A DNA stretch of 64,000 bases from Nanobdellota archaeon (GTDB taxonomy: Archaea > EX4484-52 > LFW-46). Positions 33,419 through 41,523 of this stretch are shown here, piece by piece. The translations under genes were made by a program, and so were the position numbers. The stretch is from contig JAHILE010000048.1 of assembly GCA_018897155.1 (NCBI GenBank), forward strand, positions 1,385 to 65,384. The letters run 5' to 3'. Numbering within the stretch: position 1 is the stretch's first letter; each line of letters starts with the position of its first letter. The notes below the pieces were generated by a model. The model made no database searches, was not told where the DNA came from, and was given only the letters and a program-made list of their open reading frames with translations.

Positions 33419-34294
33419 CTATACGATCGCCAAAATATAAATTCCCATTATAAGCAAAATCGCGCCGATTACGCGCGCAACCCCGTGTTTCTCTTTCAGC
33501 GCGAGCCATCCAATCAGAGCGGCAAAAAGCGGAAGCGTTCCTGATATCGGAAGAACTTTTGCAGCGTTCTGCATTGAAAGCGCGTAGAACTGGAAAGCGA
33601 CCCCAATAGGCGCGGCAATCGATGCCGCAAAAATCAGCCGGACGAGTTTTTTTTCGGAACGTATGGCATTGATTGTTTCTATAAGTTGTTTGCGCTTTGT
33701 TGCAAACGAAAAAAGAACAAAATAAATCGCAACAAAAACATACATGTAAAGCGATAGCATTAGAGGATGCATTGAGCCGACGCCAAGCTTTGCAACTATG
33801 CCGATAAGCGCAAGAAAAACAGCGGATATTGCTATAAGAACCATTCCGGCGGATTTTTTCGGGACTATTATTTTTCCATCTGTCCAGACAATGTATCCGC
33901 CCAAAACAATAACCACGACTCCAAGAAAATCAATCGCAAGAAATTTTTCTGACAAAAGAATTACTGCGAAAAAAAATGACAAACTCACGGAAATGGCATC
34001 GCGATAAGGAATCAGTTTTGACACTTCACCTGCTTTAAGCGCGTAAAAATATGTTATTGCAGCTAAAAAATAAAGTAGGGACAACGCAATCGCCAGATAA
34101 TTTATGCCGAATGCGGAGAACGGAATTGCAAGGGCAAGAACAAAAATATATGCGACAACCGCATTGATAGAAAACCTTATTGCAGAAAGCGCGAGAGCAT
34201 CGACTTTCGCGCTCTTCAGAATATGCCTGTCAAAAACAGCAACAAGCGCGTGCAAGAACGCAAAGGTCAAAGCGAAAATAAGCCATGTTTGCAT
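33419..34294 (-). CDS. EamA/DMT family transporter
   Basis: ~10 TM helices in a two-fold EamA-like arrangement. The ORF-track start at 34309 is TTG. The first ATG is at 34294 (MQTWLIF...). Confidence 0.7.
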   Translation of the reverse strand: MQTWLIFALTFAFLHALVAVFDRHILKSAKVDALALSAIRFSINAVVAYIFVLALAIPFSAFGINYLAIALSLLYFLAAITYFYALKAGEVSKLIPYRDAISVSLSFFFAVILLSEKFLAIDFLGVVVIVLGGYIVWTDGKIIVPKKSAGMVLIAISAVFLALIGIVAKLGVGSMHPLMLSLYMYVFVAIYFVLFSFATKRKQLIETINAIRSEKKLVRLIFAASIAAPIGVAFQFYALSMQNAAKVLPISGTLPLFAALIGWLALKEKHGVARVIGAILLIMGIYILAIV

Positions 34295-34352
34295 ACTATT
34301 CAATATCAATTAATAAACCATATATTTAAAGATTGAAACGAATATGTAATTA

Positions 34353-37313
34353 ATGATAAACGAGAGCGGTGTAAGGGAGCGCATTACATCTTTGCTGATG
34401 GATTACAATAAACTGCATAATAAAGAAGACGAAGCAGAAAAACTGGCAGAGGAATTCATAAGAGAGCTTTTTGAATCGTTGGGCTGGAGCTGGCGCGGCG
34501 GCGAGATAAAATTTCAAAAAAGGATAAAAAGTGCCCAGAAAACAACGCGCGTGGATTTTTCTTTCAAAAAAAGCGGCGAGTTGCGCCCTTCATTCTATCT
34601 TGATGCAAAACGCTTTTCAAACCGCCTTGAAGACCAAAAAGACGTACAACAGGTTCTTGATTACGGCAAAAACAGCGGGATACGATGGGTTATTTTGACC
34701 AATTTCATAAAATGGAGAGTATTTAATTCAGATTATTTCGATGAACCAGAACATGCGGAGCTATTTGAGTTTGATTTAAACGGCTGCCTGGGAAATCCGG
34801 AATATATGCGTTGGTTATTACTGTTCTCAAGAGACACTAGCGGAGTTGCGCTGAACGAGTACGCAAAAAGCCATAAAAAATGGAAAGAAAGCGCGGATAT
34901 AGAGGATTTGCTAACTGAACAATTGCTTGAAGCACGTCAAAAACTCGGCGTTGCAATCAGAGATCAAAATCTTCCGAAATTCGACACTGGGCAAAATATG
35001 GAAGAATCAATTGATTATTGCGTACAAACAATCCTTGACAGGATTATTTTTTGCAGAATGCTTGAGGATAACGGCTGCGACCCTGACAGAAAAATGCAGG
35101 ATGCTCTTGAGCGATGGGAAAACGGAGACAAACGAATTCAATTCTACAAGGATTTTCTTTGCCCATTTTTCGGAAAAATGCATGACAAGTACGACAGCAC
35201 CATATTTGACCAAGACAGAATAGACAGATTATCGATCAAAAATGAAGATTTTGTCCCTGTTTTGAAATCATTCTATAATCACCCGAAAACAAATTTAAGA
35301 TACCGATTTGATGTTATCAACACAGACGTTTTAGGGCATGCATACGAAAATTATCTATCTTACAAAGTAACTGCTAAGAAAAGGGGGCTTGAAGAGGAAC
35401 AGTACAAAAGAAAGCAAAGCGGAATATACTACACTCCGGAATTTCTTGTCGATTTTCTTGTGCGTGCGACGCTTGGAGAGCGCCTGAAAAAATGCAAAAA
35501 TCAGGCAGATGCGCTTAAAATCAGGGTTATTGACCCTGCTTGCGGCTCAGGCACATTTCTTGTCCGTGCGTTTGAGGAATTTAAAACATGGTTTACGGAA
35601 CATGAAAGAAAAAAGGAAAAATCCGATAACAGTTCGCAAACTCAGCTGGATGCGCATAGTGAAACAGGAACATCCGGCTTTCTTGACAAAGTTTTAGAGA
35701 ACTGCCTCTACGGCATCGATTTGGACTCGCGCGCCGTGAGGTTGGCGAGACTAAACTTATTTTTGCGCGCTGTCGATACGCCAAAACAGCTCCCGCAGCT
35801 TAAAATTATCGAAAGAAATTCGCTTGTATGGGATAATGAAATCCCGGGAGCGCTCAAAATAGAAAGAGATTTTCCGCTTGTCGCGGAAGCCGGAGGATTT
35901 GATATAGTTCTCGGCAATCCGCCGTGGGAAAAATGGAAGCCGGATTCACAGGAATTCTTTGAACAATTTTATCCGGGCTTCGGCAAACTGCCTGTTCAAG
36001 AGGCGAAGAAAAAAATAGAGGAGCTTACCAAAAAGCCGTACATAAAGAAAAAATGGATTGAAACGCAAGCGCATTACGAGATGTATTCCACGATTTTCCG
36101 GGAAAATTACGAATTCCAGAGCGCGGAAAGCAACGGAAAAAGCGTATCCGGAGATTTGGATTTATACAAGATATTCACCGAACGCGCGCATCAATTGCTT
36201 AAAGACGGCGGCATGTGCGGCTTTGTAGTTCCAAGCGGAATTTACACGGATTTGGGGGCAAAAGGATTAAGGACCATGCTTTTCGACCATTCAAAGATTA
36301 ATGCGCTTTACTCGTTTGAAAACCGAAAGTTCATATTCCGGGATATTGACCAGCGATACAAGTTTGTTCTTTTAGCTTATGAAAAAGGCGGAAAAACAAA
36401 ATCGTTCCCGTGCGCGTTTTTCCTGCACGACAAAGAAGATTTAGAGATGGCAGAAGAAAATCCAACAATACTCGACGTTGAATTTGTAAAGAGTTCATCG
36501 CCTACTGCATGGAGTATGCTGGAAATAAAAACGCCAAAAGATTATGGAATTGTCAAGAAATTGCTTAAAAATCCTTTACTTGGAGAAAAAATAGAAGGCG
36601 CGTGGAATGTGGGAATGCAAAGCGGCTTCCACATGACAAATGATAGTCATCTCTTCAAAACAGGACTTTATGGCGTGTCGATGCTTGAAGGAAAAAATAT
36701 CCACCAATTTACACATAATTTTAGTGAATCGCCAACGACACGATTTAAGATATTAGAAAAAGATATCGAAGCGAATCTGAAACCAGATAAAATATATCAT
36801 AAAAGCTATTGGATGGCGTATAGATTGATTGCGAGGTCGATGGATACAAGAACTTTCATATCTACGATAGTGCCGCCGGGTTATGTGTGCGGAAACTCAA
36901 TAGCCATAGTAAGAACGCCGGACTTAAAACAATTATGCTTCCTTTGCGGTGTGATGAACAGCTTTGTAGTCGATTACTTTATGAGACAGAAAGTCAGCGC
37001 GAATATCAATATGTTCTACTTCCTTGAAACACCGATTCCTCGCCTTTCTTCAGGCAAAGAATTTGACTCAATCGTGCGCAAAGTCGTTCAATTAGTGGCA
37101 GTAACGCCTGAATTTGACGCGCTGAAAAAAGAAGCCGGAGTTGAACACGCGCTGACAAATGAAAATGACAGGATGCATGCACGCGCGCAACTTGATGCAA
37201 TAGTGGCGAAACTCTATGGCATTACAAAAGAAGAATTGCAATTTATTCTCGCGCAGTTCCCGCTTGTGGATGAGAAGCAGAAGGAGATGGTGTTAGAGAA
37301 TATTAAAATATAA
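34353..37313 (+). CDS. Type IIG restriction-modification enzyme (PD-(D/E)xK nuclease fused to gamma-class N6-adenine methyltransferase, Eco57I/MmeI-like)
   Basis: N-terminal RVDFSF...FYLDAKRF...WVILTNFIKWRVFN (nuclease core). SGIYYTPEFLVDFLV, VIDPACGSGTFLVRAFE (motif I), YGIDLDSRAVRLARLNL and FDIVLGNPPWEKW (motif IV NPPW). Long C-terminal target-recognition region. Confidence 0.85.
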   Translation: MINESGVRERITSLLMDYNKLHNKEDEAEKLAEEFIRELFESLGWSWRGGEIKFQKRIKSAQKTTRVDFSFKKSGELRPSFYLDAKRFSNRLEDQKDVQQVLDYGKNSGIRWVILTNFIKWRVFNSDYFDEPEHAELFEFDLNGCLGNPEYMRWLLLFSRDTSGVALNEYAKSHKKWKESADIEDLLTEQLLEARQKLGVAIRDQNLPKFDTGQNMEESIDYCVQTILDRIIFCRMLEDNGCDPDRKMQDALERWENGDKRIQFYKDFLCPFFGKMHDKYDSTIFDQDRIDRLSIKNEDFVPVLKSFYNHPKTNLRYRFDVINTDVLGHAYENYLSYKVTAKKRGLEEEQYKRKQSGIYYTPEFLVDFLVRATLGERLKKCKNQADALKIRVIDPACGSGTFLVRAFEEFKTWFTEHERKKEKSDNSSQTQLDAHSETGTSGFLDKVLENCLYGIDLDSRAVRLARLNLFLRAVDTPKQLPQLKIIERNSLVWDNEIPGALKIERDFPLVAEAGGFDIVLGNPPWEKWKPDSQEFFEQFYPGFGKLPVQEAKKKIEELTKKPYIKKKWIETQAHYEMYSTIFRENYEFQSAESNGKSVSGDLDLYKIFTERAHQLLKDGGMCGFVVPSGIYTDLGAKGLRTMLFDHSKINALYSFENRKFIFRDIDQRYKFVLLAYEKGGKTKSFPCAFFLHDKEDLEMAEENPTILDVEFVKSSSPTAWSMLEIKTPKDYGIVKKLLKNPLLGEKIEGAWNVGMQSGFHMTNDSHLFKTGLYGVSMLEGKNIHQFTHNFSESPTTRFKILEKDIEANLKPDKIYHKSYWMAYRLIARSMDTRTFISTIVPPGYVCGNSIAIVRTPDLKQLCFLCGVMNSFVVDYFMRQKVSANINMFYFLETPIPRLSSGKEFDSIVRKVVQLVAVTPEFDALKKEAGVEHALTNENDRMHARAQLDAIVAKLYGITKEELQFILAQFPLVDEKQKEMVLENIKI

Positions 37314-37336
37314 ACTTTCGAGAAAACACTCTAATT

Positions 37337-38041
37337 ATGGAACACGAAACTAAGCCACTTAAAATATTTCTAAGTCATGCTGATAGAGATAAACTACTAG
37401 CATCAAAAATCAAGGCTGGGTTGGGAACTTATGGATTGAATGTTTTCTTAGCACACGAAGATATAAACCCAACTTCTGATTGGAGTGCTGTATTGATTGA
37501 TGAACTAGAAATGTGTGATATTTTTATCGCGTTATTGACTCCAAATTATAAAGAAGCCGATTATCCCGATCAAGAAGCGGGAATAGCATATTATATGACA
37601 ACAAAGTACAACAAGGTTATTCTATCTCTATCGACAGAAAGAACGCCTCATGGGTTCTTATGTAAGTTTCAGTCTTTGAAAATAGATGAATTTCTCCTAG
37701 ATATAGGAAAGGGCAAACCATTTCATTTTTGTAAGGCTGTATTAACTGCGCTTTACGAAAACAAACTATGTAAAGAAAGGATAAAAACAAGTCTTATAGA
37801 TACTTTCTGCAATAGTCATAGTTTTGAGCAGTCTAGTAGAACTATCTATATGGTGTATAGGTTATTACACCCAAAGTTACTAACTTCGGAAGAAGCGGAT
37901 AGATTAGTTGATGCAGCCCTAATTAATTGCCAAATATATGGCGCAGCTGGCGTTATAGAACGTCTAAAAACTGTTGTGGAAAAACACTATGCAGAACCAT
38001 CTAAAAAAATCAAACTCAATCAATTATCAAATTTAATGTAA
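37337..38041 (+). CDS. TIR-domain protein with uncharacterised helical C-terminal domain
   Basis: KIFLSHADRDKLLASKIKAGLGTYGLNVFLAHEDINPTSDWSAVLIDELEMCDIFIALLTPNYKEADYPDQEAGIAYY follows the prokaryotic TIR pattern (FxSH..D, W...I...L, conserved E). Starts 23 nt after the RM gene. Visibly more AT-rich than its neighbours. Confidence 0.7.
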   Translation: MEHETKPLKIFLSHADRDKLLASKIKAGLGTYGLNVFLAHEDINPTSDWSAVLIDELEMCDIFIALLTPNYKEADYPDQEAGIAYYMTTKYNKVILSLSTERTPHGFLCKFQSLKIDEFLLDIGKGKPFHFCKAVLTALYENKLCKERIKTSLIDTFCNSHSFEQSSRTIYMVYRLLHPKLLTSEEADRLVDAALINCQIYGAAGVIERLKTVVEKHYAEPSKKIKLNQLSNLM

Positions 38042-38044
38042 ACA

Positions 38045-38108
38045 TCAATACAAAAACATCTCATCCGCAACGCGCCCGTAAATCTCGCCGGCGCAGTTTC
38101 CCAAAAAC
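38045..38108 (-). repeat. Diverged duplicate of the gatD 3' end (last ~20 codons plus stop); direct repeat of 39109-39172
   Basis: 38047-38065 is identical to 39111-39129 (19/19). A ~14-nt diverged core follows. After that, about 27 of 29 positions are identical up to 38108/39172. The minus strand reads ..FLGNCAGEIYGRVADEMFLY-TGA, against the gatD end ..FLANCAGEISERIVDEMFLY-TAA. Confidence 0.85.
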
Positions 38109-38149
38109 TGCCCGGAACCTTTTTATACTTTGACCACCAGTAATCATGT

Positions 38150-38737
38150 ATGAACACTGATGTTCAAAAAATCATAAAGTATCCGCAAATACTGCGGCTT
38201 TTTCTGAAGTATCCTGAAAGGAGATTTACGCCGCTTGAGCTATCGAAAATTGCGCGCATTCCATACCCGACAGCACGCCGCTACGTTCTTCTTCTAGGAA
38301 AAGCTGGAATTGCGGATATCGAGCGCGTCGGGGCATATAATGTATGCCGGCTTAACGCCGGCTCGCCGCTGATTCCGGAAATAAAAAAAGTTTTGCAGTC
38401 CGAATTATCGCCGCATAAGCATGCCATCAGGGAATTCGCAGATAATCTGAAGCAAATAAAAGAAATAAAAAGGGCCATCCTTTTCGGAAGCGTCGCCGGA
38501 GGAAAAGAGACGCTTTCAAGCGATATAGACATAGCGGTTATTGCAGAAAAGAAATCGGGCGCGCTTGAAAAGAAAATAATCATGCTCTCCGGAAAAATAC
38601 TTGATAAATCGCGCATGAGGATTGTTCCAATACTGCTTACGGAAACCGAAGCAAGAGAGACCCCGCAATTCAGAGAGGAATTGAAAAAAGGAGTTGTAGT
38701 ATATGAGCGACATAAAAGAATCCGAATTTTGGCTTGA
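38150..38737 (+). CDS. Minimal nucleotidyltransferase (MNT) with N-terminal wHTH, antitoxin-like partner of HEPN
   Basis: wHTH FTPLELSKIARIPYPTARRYVLLLGKAGI. NTase motif AILFGSVAGGKETLSSDIDIAVI. Confidence 0.8.
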   Translation: MNTDVQKIIKYPQILRLFLKYPERRFTPLELSKIARIPYPTARRYVLLLGKAGIADIERVGAYNVCRLNAGSPLIPEIKKVLQSELSPHKHAIREFADNLKQIKEIKRAILFGSVAGGKETLSSDIDIAVIAEKKSGALEKKIIMLSGKILDKSRMRIVPILLTETEARETPQFREELKKGVVVYERHKRIRILA

Positions 38738-39089
38738 AGGCGCAAAAAAAGTAAGCAATTCCGGAGAATCAGAAAAGGAAAAATACACCGTAGCAGTTGC
38801 CATGACTATTCACTCAATAATAAAGGCCAATGATGCCCTTACGGTAAAATTTATGAATAAGCGCGCTGTTAGACACGATGAAGCGCCGGAGCTTTTCCGC
38901 CAGCTTGTGCAATTCAATAAAATCCCGGCAAAATTCTCGGATTTGCGGCTGTCGGTGCTTGCCCCGGCAATTCAAATAAAATCGAAAGCGGATTATAAAG
39001 GATTTGAAGCAAGCAAATCAGATACAGAACGATGGATTAGAAGCGCAGACAAATTCCTGAATGCTGTCAAGGAGTGTTTGAACGAATAA
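38703..39089 (+). CDS. HEPN domain protein (toxin-like partner of MNT)
   Basis: 128 aa, all-helical. NKRAVRHDEAPELF contains the R-x-x-x-H-type HEPN motif context. Overlaps the MNT gene by 35 nt. Confidence 0.7.
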   Translation: MSDIKESEFWLEGAKKVSNSGESEKEKYTVAVAMTIHSIIKANDALTVKFMNKRAVRHDEAPELFRQLVQFNKIPAKFSDLRLSVLAPAIQIKSKADYKGFEASKSDTERWIRSADKFLNAVKECLNE

Positions 39090-39108
39090 TCTTGTATGAT
39101 ATTATGAC

Positions 39109-40434
39109 TTAATACAAAAACATCTCATCTACAATCCTTTCGGAAATCTCGCCGGCGCAGTTTGCCAGAAACATTTCGCGCGCTTTCTTCATATCTTTCG
39201 TATGCCCGAGAACCCAGCCGAGCTTGACATAAGCGACTTCCGGCAGCATGTCCTTTGCAAAAATAACGCCTGCCTCGTCCATCTCGATTGCTGCGCGATA
39301 AACATGCGGATGCGTGCTGCCGTAAAGCGTCTGCGATGCACTCACAAGAACAACTCCGGATTTTATTGCATTCTTTACTGCTGTTTTCCACGATTTTTTC
39401 GCATCTATTGTGTCCCACGGAACATGGCCGAGCGCGGTTGTCTGCATAACAATTCCGCGAAAGCCTTTCTTGACGTAAAAATCAATTATTGACGGGTCTG
39501 AACCGGGATAAACTGCAACCTGAGCAACTTTTTCCTCGAACTTTGTATCTGCAACAACTTTAGATTCAGAGCGCATTCTGAAATTTCCGTCCATAACATC
39601 CAATTTTCCGTCAGGCCAGATTTTTCCGATTGGAAGCGAGTTTATCGGCCTGAATGCGTCGCGTCGGGATGTGTGCATTTTCCTGACTTTTGTGCCGCGG
39701 TTTATCAGGCAATAATCGTCATTTGTTGTTCCGTGCATCACGATTGCAACTTCGGCAATATCCGACAGGCAGTAATGCGCCGCGCATGCAAGATTCATTC
39801 CGCCGTCAAAGCTTGCGCGGTCAGGAGAACGCTGCGCTCCGACAACTGCAACGGGCTTGCTCAAATTTTGTAGCATAAATGAAAGCGCGGCTGAGGTATA
39901 ATGCAAAGTGTCTGTTCCGTGTGTGATAATTATTCCGCGCGCGTCAGTATTCAATTCTTTGGCAGCCGCTTTTGCGATTTCCTGCCACTGTTCCGGCGCC
40001 ATGTCTTCGGATGCAATCCGAAACGGGCTCTTGATGGATTTAATATTTACAAAATCGCGAAGCTCAGGAGTTGTGCGAAGTATTTCATCAGGCTCCATCA
40101 GCATGGAAACTCCGCCGGTTTTATAATCCACGCGCGATGAAATTGTTCCGCCGGTTGCAATGAGAGATATCGGCGGCTTTGATTTATCAAAAGACAAATT
40201 GCCTATCGGCGCAGTTCCGATTTTTGCTGAGGAATGCCCTAATTTTTCCAGTTTTGCGCCTTTTTCGAATTTAATGCCGACATTATATCCGCTGTCAAGC
40301 TTTAGAACAATACTATCAGTATCGCCGACATCAGAGCGTGGCATAAGAATGCCTTCGAAATCATCAATTTTAATCCTATCTCCAACCGCGATTTTTTTTG
40401 ACTTGAGAATCTGCTCGACATCTTTGGAATACAT
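39109..40434 (-). CDS. gatD: Glutamyl-tRNA(Gln) amidotransferase subunit D (asparaginase-like)
   Basis: N-terminal AVGDRIKIDDFEGILMPRS. Asparaginase motifs ATGGTISS and IIITHGTDTL. 441 aa. Confidence 0.93.
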   Translation of the reverse strand: MYSKDVEQILKSKKIAVGDRIKIDDFEGILMPRSDVGDTDSIVLKLDSGYNVGIKFEKGAKLEKLGHSSAKIGTAPIGNLSFDKSKPPISLIATGGTISSRVDYKTGGVSMLMEPDEILRTTPELRDFVNIKSIKSPFRIASEDMAPEQWQEIAKAAAKELNTDARGIIITHGTDTLHYTSAALSFMLQNLSKPVAVVGAQRSPDRASFDGGMNLACAAHYCLSDIAEVAIVMHGTTNDDYCLINRGTKVRKMHTSRRDAFRPINSLPIGKIWPDGKLDVMDGNFRMRSESKVVADTKFEEKVAQVAVYPGSDPSIIDFYVKKGFRGIVMQTTALGHVPWDTIDAKKSWKTAVKNAIKSGVVLVSASQTLYGSTHPHVYRAAIEMDEAGVIFAKDMLPEVAYVKLGWVLGHTKDMKKAREMFLANCAGEISERIVDEMFLY

Positions 40435-40456
40435 ATCAATTTATTGAAAAAGAGAA

Positions 40457-40467
40457 TTTATATAAAA
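40457..40467 (-). promoter_or_regulatory. Candidate TATA box for gatD
   Basis: The minus strand reads TTTTATATAAA, centred ~28 nt upstream of the ATG at 40434. Confidence 0.4.
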
Positions 40468-40782
40468 CAAAATATGTTGGAAATTGAAAAGTGAATAAAA
40501 AAATCCGCAAAAATTGAAAGAAAAAATCCAAAAAAAATCCGTTATACGCTTATTGTCGAATAATATTTTGCGCGCAAAAAAATCTATATATACTAGTTCA
40601 GCACATATACTTTTTGTGAGCAAAATGGCACAAACAACAACGCTTTGGAGTTCTATGAATTCGTTTGTGTCAGTGTCCACAAAATATTTTGTATCCTGCA
40701 TTAACCTATACCCAATAACTGCTTAATGCGGGATGATTCCTACAAAATAAAATTCTTGGATGACCGTACCTTTTTCATATTA

Positions 40783-40938
40783 TTAATTAGTATTCAATCT
40801 ATCCCAAAAGGCTTTGATGCGCTTCGAGTTGCCGCTTGACGCGCCGATATCAGGGTTCGGACCGAATGTTTCCGGAGCAATTCCGTTTTTTACCATTGCA
40901 GGATCCGAACCCTGACGAAGCCTAAAATTTGTTAGCAT
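40783..40938 (-). CDS. Candidate 51-aa ORF (MLTNFRLRQGSDPAMVKNGIAPETFGPNPDIGASSGNSKRIKAFWDRLNTN); could instead be a structured RNA
   Basis: ATG at 40938 and TAA at 40783-40785. TATA-like TTTATATA lies ~35-45 nt upstream on the minus strand. Contains a perfect 12-bp inverted repeat: TCAGGGTTCGGA (40850-40861) and TCCGAACCCTGA (40894-40905). No family recognised. Confidence 0.25.
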   Translation of the reverse strand: MLTNFRLRQGSDPAMVKNGIAPETFGPNPDIGASSGNSKRIKAFWDRLNTN

Positions 40939-41013
40939 TGTATTAAATTAAAGAGCGCAATAGCTCCAATTATGTATTTTGCAGTATATAAATGTTTTTA
41001 GTTGTCTAAATGT

Positions 41014-41442
41014 ATGGTTGAAAAACTTCCGAAAGCAGTTATAATCCTTCATAAATGCACATCCATATATCCGCGATTTTACGAGATTGTGGCGCAAAAC
41101 GAATATTTGGAAGAAGTCAAAACGTCTTTTGAAAGATATCTCAAACATTCAAACGTAGATACCGCAGAAAGCAAAACCTGTAGTGCCATTTCTAAAGATT
41201 CTGCAAAAAAATTAAAAGAATTGTTCAGAATTGATTGGATTCCTGTCGGTTCTCAGAGCCTTATTGGCCGCCAATACATACATCCATTTCTAAAGCTTGC
41301 CTTAGAAAAAGAGTATCCAGTATATTATCACGATGGCAAAGAACTTATCGAAACGGATTCGACAAAAGAAAATTTAGAATGGATGGTTTACGATTCAGAT
41401 AGAAAAGAAAAACTCCGAATGCCTCACGTCCACAACCTTTAA
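41014..41442 (+). CDS. Hypothetical protein
   Basis: The ORF-track start at 41002 is TTG. The first ATG is at 41014 (MVEKLPKAVIILHK...), ~25 nt after GTATATAAATG. No recognisable family. Confidence 0.5.
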   Translation: MVEKLPKAVIILHKCTSIYPRFYEIVAQNEYLEEVKTSFERYLKHSNVDTAESKTCSAISKDSAKKLKELFRIDWIPVGSQSLIGRQYIHPFLKLALEKEYPVYYHDGKELIETDSTKENLEWMVYDSDRKEKLRMPHVHNL

Positions 41443-41523
41443 AAACCTTCCTAAAGAACATAAGGTATTTAGCATTCATGTTCTTGAACAGAATAGAATG
41501 AAAAGAAACTGTAGGGAATTTAT

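Noticed and set aside
40514-40726. 70-aa plus-strand ORF in the gatD upstream gap
   Set aside because: It begins in an A-rich promoter-like tract. Only a 34-codon ATG-initiated part remains plausible, and it has no SD and no recognisable features.
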